Source: an uncultured Chthonomonadaceae bacterium
Lineage (GTDB): Bacteria; Armatimonadota; Chthonomonadetes; Chthonomonadales; Chthonomonadaceae
Length of the DNA stretch: 64,000 nt
Reading direction: 5' to 3'
Assembly: GCA_963835065.1 (NCBI GenBank)
Contig: CAWIEK010000053.1
Span: 160,001 to 224,000 of the forward strand
The position numbers and the translations under genes were made by a program. The stretch's first letter is position 1. Every line of letters starts with the position of its first letter. This document shows, in pieces, positions 62,427 through 64,000 of this stretch. The notes under the pieces are model-generated. The model worked only from the letters and a program-made list of their open reading frames with translations, did no database searches and was not told the DNA's origin.

Positions 62427-63881
62427 ATGGCGAAGAAGATAGCGATGATCGGCGCGGGCAGCGTCGTGTTTTGTAAAACGTTGATGAGCGACATTATGGC
62501 GACACCCGCGCTTGCCGACAGCGAGTTCGCGCTGATGAGTCCGACGGAAAGCAAGCTGCGGCGCATGGAAGCGTTCGGGCAGCGCATGGTGCGGGACAAC
62601 GACCTGCCCGGCAAAGTGTGGGCGACAACGGACAGGCGCGAAGCCATTCAGGACGCGGATTTCGTCGTCGTGATGATTCAGGTGGGCGGCTTTCATGCGT
62701 ATGGCGTGGATTACGAGATACCGCTGCGGCACGGCATTGACCAGTGCATTGGCGATACGTTGGGACCGGGCGGCATTTTCCGAGGACAACGGCATATTCC
62801 CGTACTGGTGGACATTGCCCGCGATATGGAAGCCGTTGCCAGACCGGGCGCGATTATGCTCCAATACGCGAACCCAATGGCCGCGAATTGCCTTGCGCTT
62901 GGGCGGGTCAGCAATGTGCCGTTCATCGGGCTGTGTCACGGCGTACAAACCACGCTGGATTTGATTGCCGGGTACTGCCATGTGCCCAAAGACGAGATTA
63001 CGTTTGTGTGCGGGGGAATCAACCACATGGATTGGTTTCTGAAATTGGAACACAAGGGGCGCGATTTGTACCCGCAATTGCGCGAATGTTTCGAGAAGCC
63101 GGAGTATTACAAGAACGAGAAGGTGCGGGGCGAAGTGTTCCGGCAGTTCGGCTATTTCATGACCGAATCAACGGGGCATCTGAGCGAGTACGTGCCCTGG
63201 TTTCGCAAAAGCAAGGACGCGCTGGATTTGTACTGCGACGAACCCGCGTTTGGCGGCGAATCGGGCGCGTACTACAAGTGGGGCAAGGCAATGGCGGAAA
63301 AGTACGCCGAAGTGGACCCGCTTCAATTTGAAACAACCGCGATTGAGGCTCGCAGCGTAGAATACTGCTCCTATATTCTGGAAGCGGTCACGACGGGCAA
63401 GCCGTTCCGACTGATGGGGAACGTGTACAACAAGGGTTATATCACCAACCTGCCGTCCGATGCCTGCGTGGAAGTGCCGACGTTTGCCGATGATACGGGC
63501 CTGCATCCGACCGTGATTGGCAATCTGCCGCCGCAGTGCGCCGCCCTGTGCATGACCAATATCAACGTGCAGCAATTGTGCGCCGAAGCCGCCCTGAGCG
63601 GCGACCCGGAACACATCGTACACGCGCTCGCCCTTGACCCGCTCACGGCTGCTGTGCTGACGCTGAAAGAAATCCGGGATATGACCGGCGAAATGCTCCA
63701 AGAACTGCGCCCTTACCTGCCGCAGTTTGAAGGCAAGGAATTGCGCCCCACGCCCATTATCAGCATCCCGGAAAACTGCGCGGCGGTAGACGTGCCGCTC
63801 GACCCCGCCCTCGCCATCGGCAAACGCTTCGGTACGCTGATTGAACAAAAAACCGACGCAGCCGAACCAGTACCAGCGTAA
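62427..63881 (+). CDS. melA: GH4 alpha-galactosidase
   Basis: IGAGSVVF, DTLGPGG, YANPMA, GLCHG, GINHM, TESTGHLSEY. Confidence 0.88.
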   Translation: MAKKIAMIGAGSVVFCKTLMSDIMATPALADSEFALMSPTESKLRRMEAFGQRMVRDNDLPGKVWATTDRREAIQDADFVVVMIQVGGFHAYGVDYEIPLRHGIDQCIGDTLGPGGIFRGQRHIPVLVDIARDMEAVARPGAIMLQYANPMAANCLALGRVSNVPFIGLCHGVQTTLDLIAGYCHVPKDEITFVCGGINHMDWFLKLEHKGRDLYPQLRECFEKPEYYKNEKVRGEVFRQFGYFMTESTGHLSEYVPWFRKSKDALDLYCDEPAFGGESGAYYKWGKAMAEKYAEVDPLQFETTAIEARSVEYCSYILEAVTTGKPFRLMGNVYNKGYITNLPSDACVEVPTFADDTGLHPTVIGNLPPQCAALCMTNINVQQLCAEAALSGDPEHIVHALALDPLTAAVLTLKEIRDMTGEMLQELRPYLPQFEGKELRPTPIISIPENCAAVDVPLDPALAIGKRFGTLIEQKTDAAEPVPA

Positions 63882-63896
63882 GACAAACAGATTTAA

Positions 63897-63965
63897 ACCA
63901 CGGAGAACACGGAGGACACGGAGGGAGAAAGAATAAACCACGGGGGACACGGGGAACACGGGGAG
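63897..63965 (+). repeat. 9-mer tandem repeats (CACGGRGRA-like)
   Basis: cacggagaa cacggagga cacggaggg ... cacggggga cacggggaa cacggggga. Confidence 0.8.
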
Positions 63966-64000
63966 AAGATGGGATAGAAGAGGCGGGGTTGGAGGGAGAA

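Noticed and set aside
1..64000. tRNA, rRNA, cas genes, integrase or prophage structural genes
   Set aside because: None recognised by eye; tRNAscan-SE, Infernal and HMM searches were not run

Overview
Bacterial chromosomal window, moderately high GC. PEP-CTERM genes, hopanoid synthases, DUF1501/PSD1 genes and RNase J together suggest Armatimonadota or a similar lineage (inference). The core or metabolic backbone is: amidase, hpnD, hpnC, a two-component/di-heme cytochrome/intradiol-dioxygenase cluster, ackA, GH51, several SDRs, an aldo/keto reductase, DUF1501/PSD1, hsp20-lon, rimO, rnj and a GH4 alpha-galactosidase. Accessory hotspots (about 20.4-25.7, 32.7-36.5, 44.9-54.6 and 60.6-62.3 kb) hold toxin-antitoxin modules and their remnants, methyltransferases, a multi-TM/TIR locus, HEPN and HNH genes, XisH/I and an integron-like attC. 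Many long genes carry single-base frameshifts, probably assembly indels. The main unexplained signals are: (1) three dispersed copies of a ~240-300 bp unit with an ECF-type promoter, GGAGG, an 8-codon ORF (MxxxSRSP) and a conserved ~110-nt tail; (2) a gene between hpnC and hpnD bracketed by ~100-bp inverted repeats; (3) an A-X-B-A'-Y-B' tandem of alternative intergenic cassettes; (4) an orphan two-repeat CRISPR-like unit; (5) a low-GC multi-TM + TIR candidate defence locus. All family names come from motif recognition by eye, not database searches.
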